Assembly: GCA_963783375.1 (NCBI GenBank)
Contig: CAWANH010000029.1
Location: 1 to 64,000 of the forward strand
Source of the DNA: Candidatus Eiseniibacteriota bacterium
Lineage (GTDB): Bacteria > Eisenbacteria > RBG-16-71-46 > JABDJR01
Direction of reading: 5' to 3'
Length of the DNA stretch: 64,000 nt
Shown in pieces: positions 9,557 to 18,058 of this stretch. The translations under genes were made by a program, and so were the position numbers. The number at the start of each line of letters is the position of its first letter. Position 1 is the first letter of the stretch. The notes under the pieces were generated by a model, which saw only the letters and a list, made by a program, of their open reading frames with translations, was not told the DNA's origin and ran no database searches.

Positions 9557-11181
9557 CCGGACCGCCCCCGACCGCGCGGGAGGATCGCCCGGTGCATGAC
9601 GTGATCGTTGTCGGCTCGGGGGCCGCCGGGGTGGCCGCCGCCCTGGAACTTGCCGAGCGCGGCCGGAAGCCGCTCATCCTCGACGTGGGCCACCGCAAGG
9701 TCGAGCGCATTCCGCGGGTGGAGGAGAACCTCTACCTGCACCGCCGCCGCCACGACACCTACCGGCTCCTGATCGGGGACGAGCTCGAGGGGCTCTCCAA
9801 CCTCCTCACCGACCGCCACGTTCCGGTCAAGCTCACCACCCCCAACATGGCGTACGTGACCCGGGACGCGGAGTGGCTCTCGCCGATCGAGGAGACCGAC
9901 TTCAGGACCGTCCAGAGCTTCGCCGCCGGGGGGCTGGCCAACGCCTGGGGCGCGGGCCTCTATCGGTTCGTCGACGAGGACCTTCAGGGTTTTCCCATCA
10001 CTGCCCGGGACCTGGACCCCTACTTCGACGCTCTCACCCGGGAGATCGGGATCGGCGGAGAGGAGGACGACCTCACCCCCTTCTTCGGTTCCACCCGCGA
10101 TCTTCGCGCGCCGCTTCGCCTCTCCCATAACATCGAGAAGCTCTACCGCGGCTATCGCCGGCGCCGCGAGGCGTTTCACCGGGATCGCTTCTTCCTGGGA
10201 CGCGCGCGGGTGGCCGCGCTCGGCGAGCCCATGGACGGCCGGCCCGCGATCGACTACTCGAACCTCGAGTTCTGGCAGGACACCCCCGCCATCTATTCCC
10301 CGCGCCTCACCCTGGACAAGCTGATCGCCGCCGGCCGGGTGGAGTACCGGAGCGATATCCTGGTGGAGTCCTGGCGGGAGACCGGTGAGGGGGTGGAGGT
10401 GTGCGGACGGGACCTCCGCGACGACACCGGGGCGGTCTTCTCCGCCCGAAAGCTCCTGCTCGCCGCCGGAGCGGTCAATACCACCCGCATCGTCCTTCGC
10501 TCGTTCGAGGACACGGAGACCGAGCTGACTCTTCTCGAGAACCCCGCCCTCCAGGTTCCCCTGGTGCTTCCGGGAAGTCTGGGTCGGGCCCTGGACGTCC
10601 ACGCCTTCGGCCTCGTCCAGCTCAACCTGGTCTGGAAGTCCGCATCCTATGGATGCACGGTCCAGGGGAGCATCATGGAGATCACCTCCCCGGCGCGGGC
10701 CGAGTTCTTCGAGAGCCTGCCCCTTGCCGGGCGGGACAACCTGGGTCTCATGCGGATGCTCCTTCCCGCCATGATCGTCCTGCAGCTCTTCTTCCCCGGC
10801 CGGGCCCACAAGCCCTCTCGGATCTCCCTCCGCGCCGACGGGGGATTGCGCATCCAGGGCCATCCCAACACCATCGACCTCGGTGGTCTGACCCAGTTTC
10901 TCGCCCATCTCCGCCGGGCCGGGGCCTACACCGTCCTCCCGCTCATCGTTCGCGTGCCCATGGGGCACGCCATCCACTACGCGTCCACGCTCCCCATGCA
11001 GGTTGCGCCGGAGCGCTACCAGTGCGACCCGGCAGGACGCCTGGCCGGGACCCGCGAAGTCTTCGTGGGAGACTCGGCTTCGTTCACCGATCTTCCGGCC
11101 AAGAACATGTCCTTCGCCATGATGGCCAACGCCATGCGGATCGCTGCCGGGGTGGCCCGCGAACTCGAGGAGGGCGCATGA
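9553..11181 (+). CDS. FAD-dependent GMC-family oxidoreductase
   Basis: DVIVVGSGAAG; GGLANAWGAG; LAAGAVNT; IHYAST; VFVGDSASF...MANAMRIA. Confidence 0.85.
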   Translation: MTGPPPTAREDRPVHDVIVVGSGAAGVAAALELAERGRKPLILDVGHRKVERIPRVEENLYLHRRRHDTYRLLIGDELEGLSNLLTDRHVPVKLTTPNMAYVTRDAEWLSPIEETDFRTVQSFAAGGLANAWGAGLYRFVDEDLQGFPITARDLDPYFDALTREIGIGGEEDDLTPFFGSTRDLRAPLRLSHNIEKLYRGYRRRREAFHRDRFFLGRARVAALGEPMDGRPAIDYSNLEFWQDTPAIYSPRLTLDKLIAAGRVEYRSDILVESWRETGEGVEVCGRDLRDDTGAVFSARKLLLAAGAVNTTRIVLRSFEDTETELTLLENPALQVPLVLPGSLGRALDVHAFGLVQLNLVWKSASYGCTVQGSIMEITSPARAEFFESLPLAGRDNLGLMRMLLPAMIVLQLFFPGRAHKPSRISLRADGGLRIQGHPNTIDLGGLTQFLAHLRRAGAYTVLPLIVRVPMGHAIHYASTLPMQVAPERYQCDPAGRLAGTREVFVGDSASFTDLPAKNMSFAMMANAMRIAAGVARELEEGA

Positions 11182-12071
11182 AGACCGTGCTCGTGACCGG
11201 GGCCGGCGGGTTTATCGCCCGCGCCGCCGCCCGCCGCCTGGCCGCCGACGGGTTCCGGGTGATCGGGGTGTCGCGCGCGGGAACGCCGGTGGAAGGCTAC
11301 GCGCGGGTGGCGCGGGCCGCCCTCGGCGACTCCCTGGAGCCTCTCCTCGCCGAGGAACCGGTGCATGCGGTGGTGCACGCCGCAGTCCACACCGGCGAAA
11401 ATGAGTACCGGATCAACGTGGAGGGCGCCCGGCGCTGGCTGGCCGAGACCCGCGACCGGGGAAACCCGCTCCAGGTTTTCCTCAGCACCCTCTCCGCCAA
11501 GCCCGACGCCCTCTCCGCCTACGGTCGCTCCAAGTACGATCTGGAGAAGCCCTTCCGGGAAGCGGGAGGGGTTGCGCTCCGGCTCGGCGTGGTGGTGGGG
11601 AACGGAGGCATGTTCGCGAAGATGCGTGACGCCCTGGCCGGACCCCCGGTGGTGCCGCTCTTAGACGGCGGCCGGTCGCGGGTCCACGTCCTGGGCGTGG
11701 ACACCCTGGCCGCGATCCTCTCCCGGTTGGCGGCCGGGGACGGGGATGGTTTCCGGGGCGAGACGCTCCATGCCCAGGAACCGACCTCCTATACCCTCCG
11801 CGAGGTGATGGAGTCGATCCGGCGCCACTACGGTTTCCGCTGCCGGTTCCTCCCGGTCCCGTCCCTGCCGGTCCTCTGGGCGGTGTCCCTGGTCGAGCGG
11901 ATCCCCGGTCTCCGGCTCCCGGTATCGAGCTCCAATCTGAAGGGGCTCCGCCAGAGCCGGTTCGAGCGCTTTCCCTCGGATTTCCCGCGTTTCGGGCTCC
12001 CCGAGCAGGGGTTGGAAGCCCTGGTGGCGCGGGCGGCGGTCCGGGCCTCCCGCGGCACTGTGGTAAGCTGA
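11178..12071 (+). CDS. NAD-dependent epimerase/dehydratase
   Basis: ATG 11178 overlaps upstream stop; VLVTGAGGFI; YGRSK (YxxxK). Confidence 0.85.
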   Translation: MKTVLVTGAGGFIARAAARRLAADGFRVIGVSRAGTPVEGYARVARAALGDSLEPLLAEEPVHAVVHAAVHTGENEYRINVEGARRWLAETRDRGNPLQVFLSTLSAKPDALSAYGRSKYDLEKPFREAGGVALRLGVVVGNGGMFAKMRDALAGPPVVPLLDGGRSRVHVLGVDTLAAILSRLAAGDGDGFRGETLHAQEPTSYTLREVMESIRRHYGFRCRFLPVPSLPVLWAVSLVERIPGLRLPVSSSNLKGLRQSRFERFPSDFPRFGLPEQGLEALVARAAVRASRGTVVS

Positions 12072-12185
12072 TCTCCCGGTTCCTGTCCGCGACGGTCGAA
12101 AGTTCGGCGCCAACCGTCCGAAAACCGGGTGAACGGAGGCGGGCGCCTCCCCGGCTACGAGTTGGACGGCTTCCCGGGAGCTTGG

Positions 12186-12902
12186 GTGACCACAGCGCAC
12201 GATTTCAAACCGGTGACGGGCGAGGCCATGGCGGTGTGGGTGGTGATGGCCGCCTACAACGAGGCCTCGGTCATCGCCAAGACCATCCGCGAACTCCTTC
12301 CCCGCTTTCCCAACGTGGTGGTGGTTGATGACGGCTCCCGCGACGCCACCTATGAGTGCGCCCGCGAGACCGGGGTCCACGTGGTCCGCCACCCCATCAA
12401 CCTCGGCCAGGGGGCGGCGCTCCAGACCGGGATCCGCTACGCGCTCCGCCGGGGTGCCGGCTACGTCGTCACCTTCGACGCCGACGGGCAGCACGACGTG
12501 AAAGACCTTCCCCGCATGTTGGGGGTGCTCAAGGACCGCGGGGTGGACATCGTCCTGGGAAGCCGGTTCCTGGGTTCGACCACCGACATGCCGCCCGCCC
12601 GCCGGCTGGTACTGAGGGGCGCGGTCCTCTTCACCAACCTCACCGCGGGGGTGAAGCTCACCGACGCCCACAACGGCCTCCGGTTCATGACCGCCGAGAC
12701 CGCGGGCCGGTTCAAGATCACCCAGAACGGGATGGCCCACGCCTCGGAATTCATCGAGCAGATCGGCCGGTTGAAGCTTCAGTACGTCGAGGTGCCGGTC
12801 CACATTCGCTATACCGAGTATTCCCTCGGCAAGGGCCAGCGCCTGTCCAACGCGGTCCGGATCCTGGGCGAGCTCTTCTCCAACTGGGTGGTGCGATGGT
12901 AA
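12186..12902 (+). CDS. GT2 polyprenyl-phosphate glycosyltransferase (DPM1-like)
   Basis: AAYNEA; VVDDGSRD; NLGQGAALQTG; FDADGQHD; LGSRF; TDAHNGLR. Start uncertain (12186 or 12228). Confidence 0.9.
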   Translation: MTTAHDFKPVTGEAMAVWVVMAAYNEASVIAKTIRELLPRFPNVVVVDDGSRDATYECARETGVHVVRHPINLGQGAALQTGIRYALRRGAGYVVTFDADGQHDVKDLPRMLGVLKDRGVDIVLGSRFLGSTTDMPPARRLVLRGAVLFTNLTAGVKLTDAHNGLRFMTAETAGRFKITQNGMAHASEFIEQIGRLKLQYVEVPVHIRYTEYSLGKGQRLSNAVRILGELFSNWVVRW

Positions 12903-13243
12903 TCAAGGTTCTCCTCACCCTGGGACTCATGTTCGCGCTCCTCTACGCGAATCTCCAGCAGTCCTCGACCCGGCTTCTCAAGCTGGCCATGTCGGTGATC
13001 GTCCTCCTCGGGACCTACCTGGTCTGGTTCCCGGACCGGACCATGACCCTCGCCCACTGGATGGGGGTGGGGCGTGGCACCGACCTCATCCTGTATCTCT
13101 GGATAATCATCAGCATCATCTTCATCCTGATCCTCCACCTGCGGGTGAACCGGCTGAACTCCACCATCACCGACCTGGTCCGCCACATCGCCCTGAACGA
13201 GGCGGAGCGCGACGACCCGTCGGCCGGCCGGTCCTCCGACTAG
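12896..13243 (+). CDS. DUF2304-family small membrane protein
   Basis: Three hydrophobic segments; LAHWMGVGRGTDLILY; ITDLVRHIAL; overlaps the GT2 stop. Confidence 0.8.
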   Translation: MVIKVLLTLGLMFALLYANLQQSSTRLLKLAMSVIVLLGTYLVWFPDRTMTLAHWMGVGRGTDLILYLWIIISIIFILILHLRVNRLNSTITDLVRHIALNEAERDDPSAGRSSD

Positions 13244-13412
13244 CCCGGCCGGAGTCCCGGCCCCCCGATCGTCCCCGCGAACCCTCCCCGTCGCCCCGAC
13301 CCGCCGCTCCCGTGGGCACAACCGGGCCCGATCCCGCGATCCGCGGCCGGCCGCGTTGCGGCATTCCGGATCCCGCCGGTATGATGATGCCCTCAACCGG
13401 GGAGGATGTGTC

Positions 13413-15097
13413 ATGAACGAGGAGATCCAACGGGACGAGCTGGAACTGGACGTGGTGTTCGTGGGAGCGGGGCCGTCGGGACTGGCCGGGGCCATTCACC
13501 TCGCGGATCTGGTGGCCGCCCACAACGAACAGGTGGAGAAGAGCGGCGAGGGGCGAAAGCTCGAGCCGGCCATCGCGGTGATCGAGAAATCGGCGGAGAT
13601 CGGCGCCCACATGCTCTCGGGCGCGGTCATGGACCCTCGCGGCCTCGATGCCCTCATCCCCGACTGGCGGGATCGGGATTGCCCGGTGGAGTCCCCGGTG
13701 ACCGACGACTCCATGCACTACCTTACCGCCGGCGGTTCGCTCAAGGCCCCGCTCACCCCGCCCCCCCTCCAGAACCACGGCAACTTCGTGGTCTCGCTCT
13801 ATCGCCTGGCCCGATGGCTGGGGGAAGAGGCGGAGAAGCGCGGGGTGGACGTGTTCCCCGGCTTTCCCGCGGTCGCGGTGCTCACCGACGGACCGCAGAT
13901 CGTCGGGGTGCGGACCGGGGACAAGGGGATCGACAAGCACGGAAACCGGAAGAGCAACTTCGAGCCCGGCGTGGACATCAAGGCCAAGGTCACCGTGTTC
14001 GGCGAGGGCACGCGGGGGAACCTGGTGAAGCAGCTCACCCTGGACCGGGGTCTGGCCGGGGTCAATCCCCAGACCTACGGCACCGGGGTGAAAGAGGTCT
14101 GGCAGGTCCCCGAGGGGCGGATCGCCCCCGGCGCCGTCTACCACACCCTGGGCCATCCGCTCGACGCCTCCACCTACGGCGGCGGCTGGATCTACGGCAT
14201 GGCCGACAACAAGGTATCGGTGGGCTTCGTGGTCGGCCTCGACTACCGGAACCCGACCACCGATCCCCACCACGAGTTTCAGCGCTACAAGGCGCACCCC
14301 TTCGTTCGATCGATCCTCGAGGGGGGGAGATGCTGGCCTACGGAGCCAAGACCGTGCCCCTGGGGGGCTGGTTCTCCATGCCCAAGCGGGTGCTCCCCGG
14401 CGCGCTGATCGTTGGCGATGCCGGCGCGTTCCTGAACGCGGAGCGGCTGAAGGGGATCCATCTGGCCATCGAGAGCGGGATGATGGCCGCCCGGACAACG
14501 TTCGAGGCCCTGAAAGCCGGGGACTACTCCGAGACGTCGCTCGCCCTCTACGACCAGATCTTCGCCCGAAGCCCGGCCCGGGACGAACTCTACGGGGTGC
14601 GGAATTTCCACCAGGGGTTCTCCGGCGGGCGCTGGGCGGGGATCGTGAACGCCGGGCTCCTCATGATCACCGGCGGGAAGGGGCTGGGCGACCGCACCGG
14701 CGTGGCCCGGGACCATACCCACATGCGGAAGCTCTCCCAGATCGACGGCCGCCCCCCCGAGCGGCTCAAGTTCGACGGCAAGCTCACCTTCGACAAGCTG
14801 ACCGACGTCTACAAGTCGGGGGCCACCCACGAGGAGGATCAGCCTTCGCATTTGGTGGTGAACGACACCGACATCTGCGCCGGGCGCTGCGTGGAGGAGT
14901 ACGGGAATCCTTGCCAGCATTTCTGCCCGGCCTCGGTCTACGAGATGGTGGAGGGGGAGGCGCCCTCGGGGAAGAAGCTTCAGATCAATGCCTCGAACTG
15001 CGTGCACTGCAAGACCTGCGACATCATGGATCCCTACCAGATCATCACCTGGGTCCCCCCCGAAGGGGGCGGCGGGCCCAAGTACACCGACCTGTAG
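13413..15097 (+). CDS. Electron transfer flavoprotein-quinone oxidoreductase (frameshifted in G7 run at 14321-14327)
   Basis: VGAGPSGLAGA and GAHMLSGA in the first frame; YGAKT, LIVGDAG, KGIHLAIESG and CxxFCPAxVY...NCVHCKTCDI in the second. One extra G restores a single ORF. Confidence 0.9.
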
Positions 15098-15161
15098 TCC
15101 GCGCCCGGTCTCCGCCGCATCGCGCGGGCCGAGGCGATCGTTCGAACATCACGGAGGCGCC

Positions 15162-16628
15162 ATGCCCGACGTTCAGCACGCCGAAATCAAGCCGGGGAAA
15201 CTCTTCATCGGGGGGGAATGGGTCGAGGCGGTCTCGGGGAAACAATTCGAGACCGTGAACCCGGCCACCGAGGAGGTGCTCACCACGGTGGCCGAGGCCG
15301 ACGCCGCCGATGTGGACCGGGCGGTGGCCGCGGCCCGCGCCGCGTTCGAGGGTTCGTGGTCGGACCTCCCCGCGGCGGGCCGGGCTCGGATCCTCCGCCG
15401 GATCGGGGAGATCATCCTCGCTCACCGGGACGAGCTGGCCGAGCTGGAGTCCCTGGACCAGGGGAAGGTCATCTTCGAGGCCTCGAAGGTGGACGTGCCC
15501 ATGGCCGCCGATACCTTCGAGTATTATTCCGGATGGGCTACAAAACTCCACGGCGCCACCATTCCCGTCCGCCCCGACATGCTGAACTACACCCGGGTGG
15601 AACCCTACGGCGTGGTGGGCCAGATCATCCCCTGGAACTTCCCCCTCCTCATGGCCGCCTGGAAGCTGGCTCCGGCCCTGGCCGCGGGAAACACCGTGGT
15701 GCTGAAGCCGGCGGAGCAGACCCCGTTGAGCGCCCTCCGTCTGGGGGAGCTTCTGACCGAGGCCGGTCTCCCCGCCGGAGTGGTGAACATCGTCCCCGGT
15801 TTCGGTCCCACCGCCGGGGAGGCCCTGGTCCGGCATGGTGGGGTGGACCGCGTCGCCTTCACCGGCTCCACCGAAGTTGGCCGGGCGGTGATGCGCGCCG
15901 CCGCCGAGGCCCCGAAGCCGGTTTCCCTGGAGCTCGGCGGGAAATCCCCCAACGTGGTCTTCGCCGACGCCGACCTCGACGCCGCGGCCAAGGGGGCGGT
16001 GCTCGGGATTTTCTACAACAAGGGGGAGACCTGCACCGCGGGGAGCCGCCTTTTCGTGGAGGAATCGGCGGCGGACGAGTTCGTCGCGCTCCTGGTGAAG
16101 CGGGCCCAGCGTTCCCGGCCCGGCGATCCCCTGGACCCGGCCACCAAGATCGGCCCCCTGGTCTCCGCCGCCCAGCTCGCCCGGGTGGAGCACTACGTGG
16201 CCGTCGGGCGCGAGGAGGGGGCTGAGGTCCTGATCGGCGGCGAGCGGGCCCGGGTGGGGAACGGCAAGGGCTACTTCTACGAGCCCACGGTGTTCACCGG
16301 GGTCACCAACCGGATGACCCTGGCCCGGGAGGAGATCTTCGGCCCGGTGCTCTCGGTGATCCGCTTCCGCGACGTGGAGGACCTGGTGGCCCAGGCCAAC
16401 GACAGTTCCTACGGTCTCGCCGCCGGGGTGTGGACCCGGGACGTGTCCAAGGCCCACCGGGTCGCCGCCGCGCTCAAGGCGGGAACGGTCTGGGTCAACA
16501 CCTACGGCCTGTACAACTCCGCGGTTCCCTTCGGCGGCACCCGGCAGTCCGGTTTCGGCCGGGAGCTGGGAGAGGACGGCATCCGCGCCTACACCCGCCC
16601 CAAGTCGGTGTGGGTGAACCTGGGGTAG
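15162..16628 (+). CDS. Aldehyde dehydrogenase
   Basis: IPWNFP; LKPAEQTP; FTGSTEVG; LELGGKSP; GETCTAGSR; EEIFGPV. Confidence 0.95.
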   Translation: MPDVQHAEIKPGKLFIGGEWVEAVSGKQFETVNPATEEVLTTVAEADAADVDRAVAAARAAFEGSWSDLPAAGRARILRRIGEIILAHRDELAELESLDQGKVIFEASKVDVPMAADTFEYYSGWATKLHGATIPVRPDMLNYTRVEPYGVVGQIIPWNFPLLMAAWKLAPALAAGNTVVLKPAEQTPLSALRLGELLTEAGLPAGVVNIVPGFGPTAGEALVRHGGVDRVAFTGSTEVGRAVMRAAAEAPKPVSLELGGKSPNVVFADADLDAAAKGAVLGIFYNKGETCTAGSRLFVEESAADEFVALLVKRAQRSRPGDPLDPATKIGPLVSAAQLARVEHYVAVGREEGAEVLIGGERARVGNGKGYFYEPTVFTGVTNRMTLAREEIFGPVLSVIRFRDVEDLVAQANDSSYGLAAGVWTRDVSKAHRVAAALKAGTVWVNTYGLYNSAVPFGGTRQSGFGRELGEDGIRAYTRPKSVWVNLG

Positions 16629-16968
16629 GGACGGAGTGGGGCAATAAGCGCCCGAGCCGGGGTGGGCGAGCCTGGGGGGGCGGGATCTTCCCGGCCGTGG
16701 CCCGATGCCCACGCTCACCTGGTCGATGTGATTGCCGAGCGGTTCGGTAGGGTTTGCAATCCTATCGGCTGTCGGCCGCAGGAAATCCATACATCCATAT
16801 TGAAGACTTGCGCCGGGTCCCTCCTGGTGGGAGGCTTGATACGTCGAATTTCCCCCTTCGACTTCGGGGGGCGATCTCCCTCGGACGTCCTAAATCCTAG
16901 CGCCGCTACCGCCCGATTCTCTCGCGGGCCCGACGGCCTTGTGCCGACCTATTCCCGGAGGCAGTACT

Positions 16969-17706
16969 ATGAACCCTGGCAACCGCATCCCGTTCATCCT
17001 CGTGGCGGGCGTGTTCCTTCTCGTCCTCGCCGTGGCCTCGGCCGCGGCGGGCCCGCCCGTTCCCGGAACCTACAAGAGCATCGACCTGCCCGGAGGGACC
17101 ATCCTCCTCGGCCACGCCAGCGAGTCCTGGCCGGCGACCGGAACCGGCGGCCAGATCGGCAACACCCAGCACGGCGCTTCCTGGGACGGAACCACGCTGG
17201 CGACCCAGTGGGAGGTCTCGTGCCCGGCGATCTGCGTCGCCCCGGTCATGATCCTGAATACCGTGAACGGAAACGGCGACGGGCAGGTCATCTACCAGAC
17301 CGGCTACTGCGGAGGGACCATCACCCTGAACGGAACCGGTGAGGCCTGGGACGGAGGCGACGCGGTCTACACCGCCACCATCGAGAGCTACACCGACATC
17401 ACCACGTTCCAGTACCAGGGCGGGACCATCACCGGTTCCGTGACCAACATCAACGTGCAGGCATCCATCGACGGATACGACGACTGCGTGGAGTTCGCCA
17501 TCGGGAACGCCGCTGGAATCGCATCCACCGACTATTTTCCTTTCCCGGCCGACTACCCCTGCCTGCTCGACCCCGGTACCTGCACCTGTGGGCGGACCCG
17601 TGGGGGATGGGGTGACGCGACCGGCATCACCCTGAACATCGTCGGTGGTTGCACGGTGCCCACGGAAGCGACGACCTGGGGACAGCTCAAGGCGCGGTAC
17701 GAGTAG
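16969..17706 (+). CDS. Secreted Thr/Gly/Cys-rich protein with TWG tail
   Basis: GGAGG SD; signal peptide; ends TVPTEATTWGQLKARYE. Confidence 0.8.
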   Translation: MNPGNRIPFILVAGVFLLVLAVASAAAGPPVPGTYKSIDLPGGTILLGHASESWPATGTGGQIGNTQHGASWDGTTLATQWEVSCPAICVAPVMILNTVNGNGDGQVIYQTGYCGGTITLNGTGEAWDGGDAVYTATIESYTDITTFQYQGGTITGSVTNINVQASIDGYDDCVEFAIGNAAGIASTDYFPFPADYPCLLDPGTCTCGRTRGGWGDATGITLNIVGGCTVPTEATTWGQLKARYE

Positions 17707-17749
17707 ACGCGGAGACCGCCGCAGGGCGATTGCCGGTCGAATGAGTTTG

Positions 17750-17783
17750 GCGCGGGCGGGGTCTTTCGAGGCTCCGCCCGCGC
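17750..17783 (+). terminator. GC-rich stem-loop downstream of the TWG-tail gene
   Basis: GCGCGGGCGGGGTCT-TTCG-AGGCTCCGCCCGCGC; no clear U-tract. Confidence 0.4.
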
Positions 17784-17960
17784 GCGTTGAGGGGGCGGGG
17801 GCCGCGCCGCGCCTAGGTGTCGAGAGGTCGGTGACGGCTCCGCGGGTGCGTGTTGAGCGGTCGTGGGGGAGGGTGCGGTGCGGACGCCGCGCCGGCGGGG
17901 GCCGCGCGACCGCAACAAGCGGGGTGGCAGCCGACACCGATATCCCCGTTCCCCAGGAAA

Positions 17961-18014
17961 AAGTTCAGTTCCGGTGAACTTCCTCTTGACGATTACCAGC
18001 CATACGAGTAGTAT
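17961..18014 (+). promoter_or_regulatory. Sigma-70-type promoter with adjacent palindrome, upstream of the HNH gene
   Basis: TTGACG (17986)-17 bp-TAGTAT (18009); AAGTTCA-N7-TGAACTT immediately upstream of the -35. Confidence 0.55.
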
Positions 18015-18058
18015 CACCCCAAGAGGCTTCCACCGGCCGACTTGGGAGATCCAGGATC

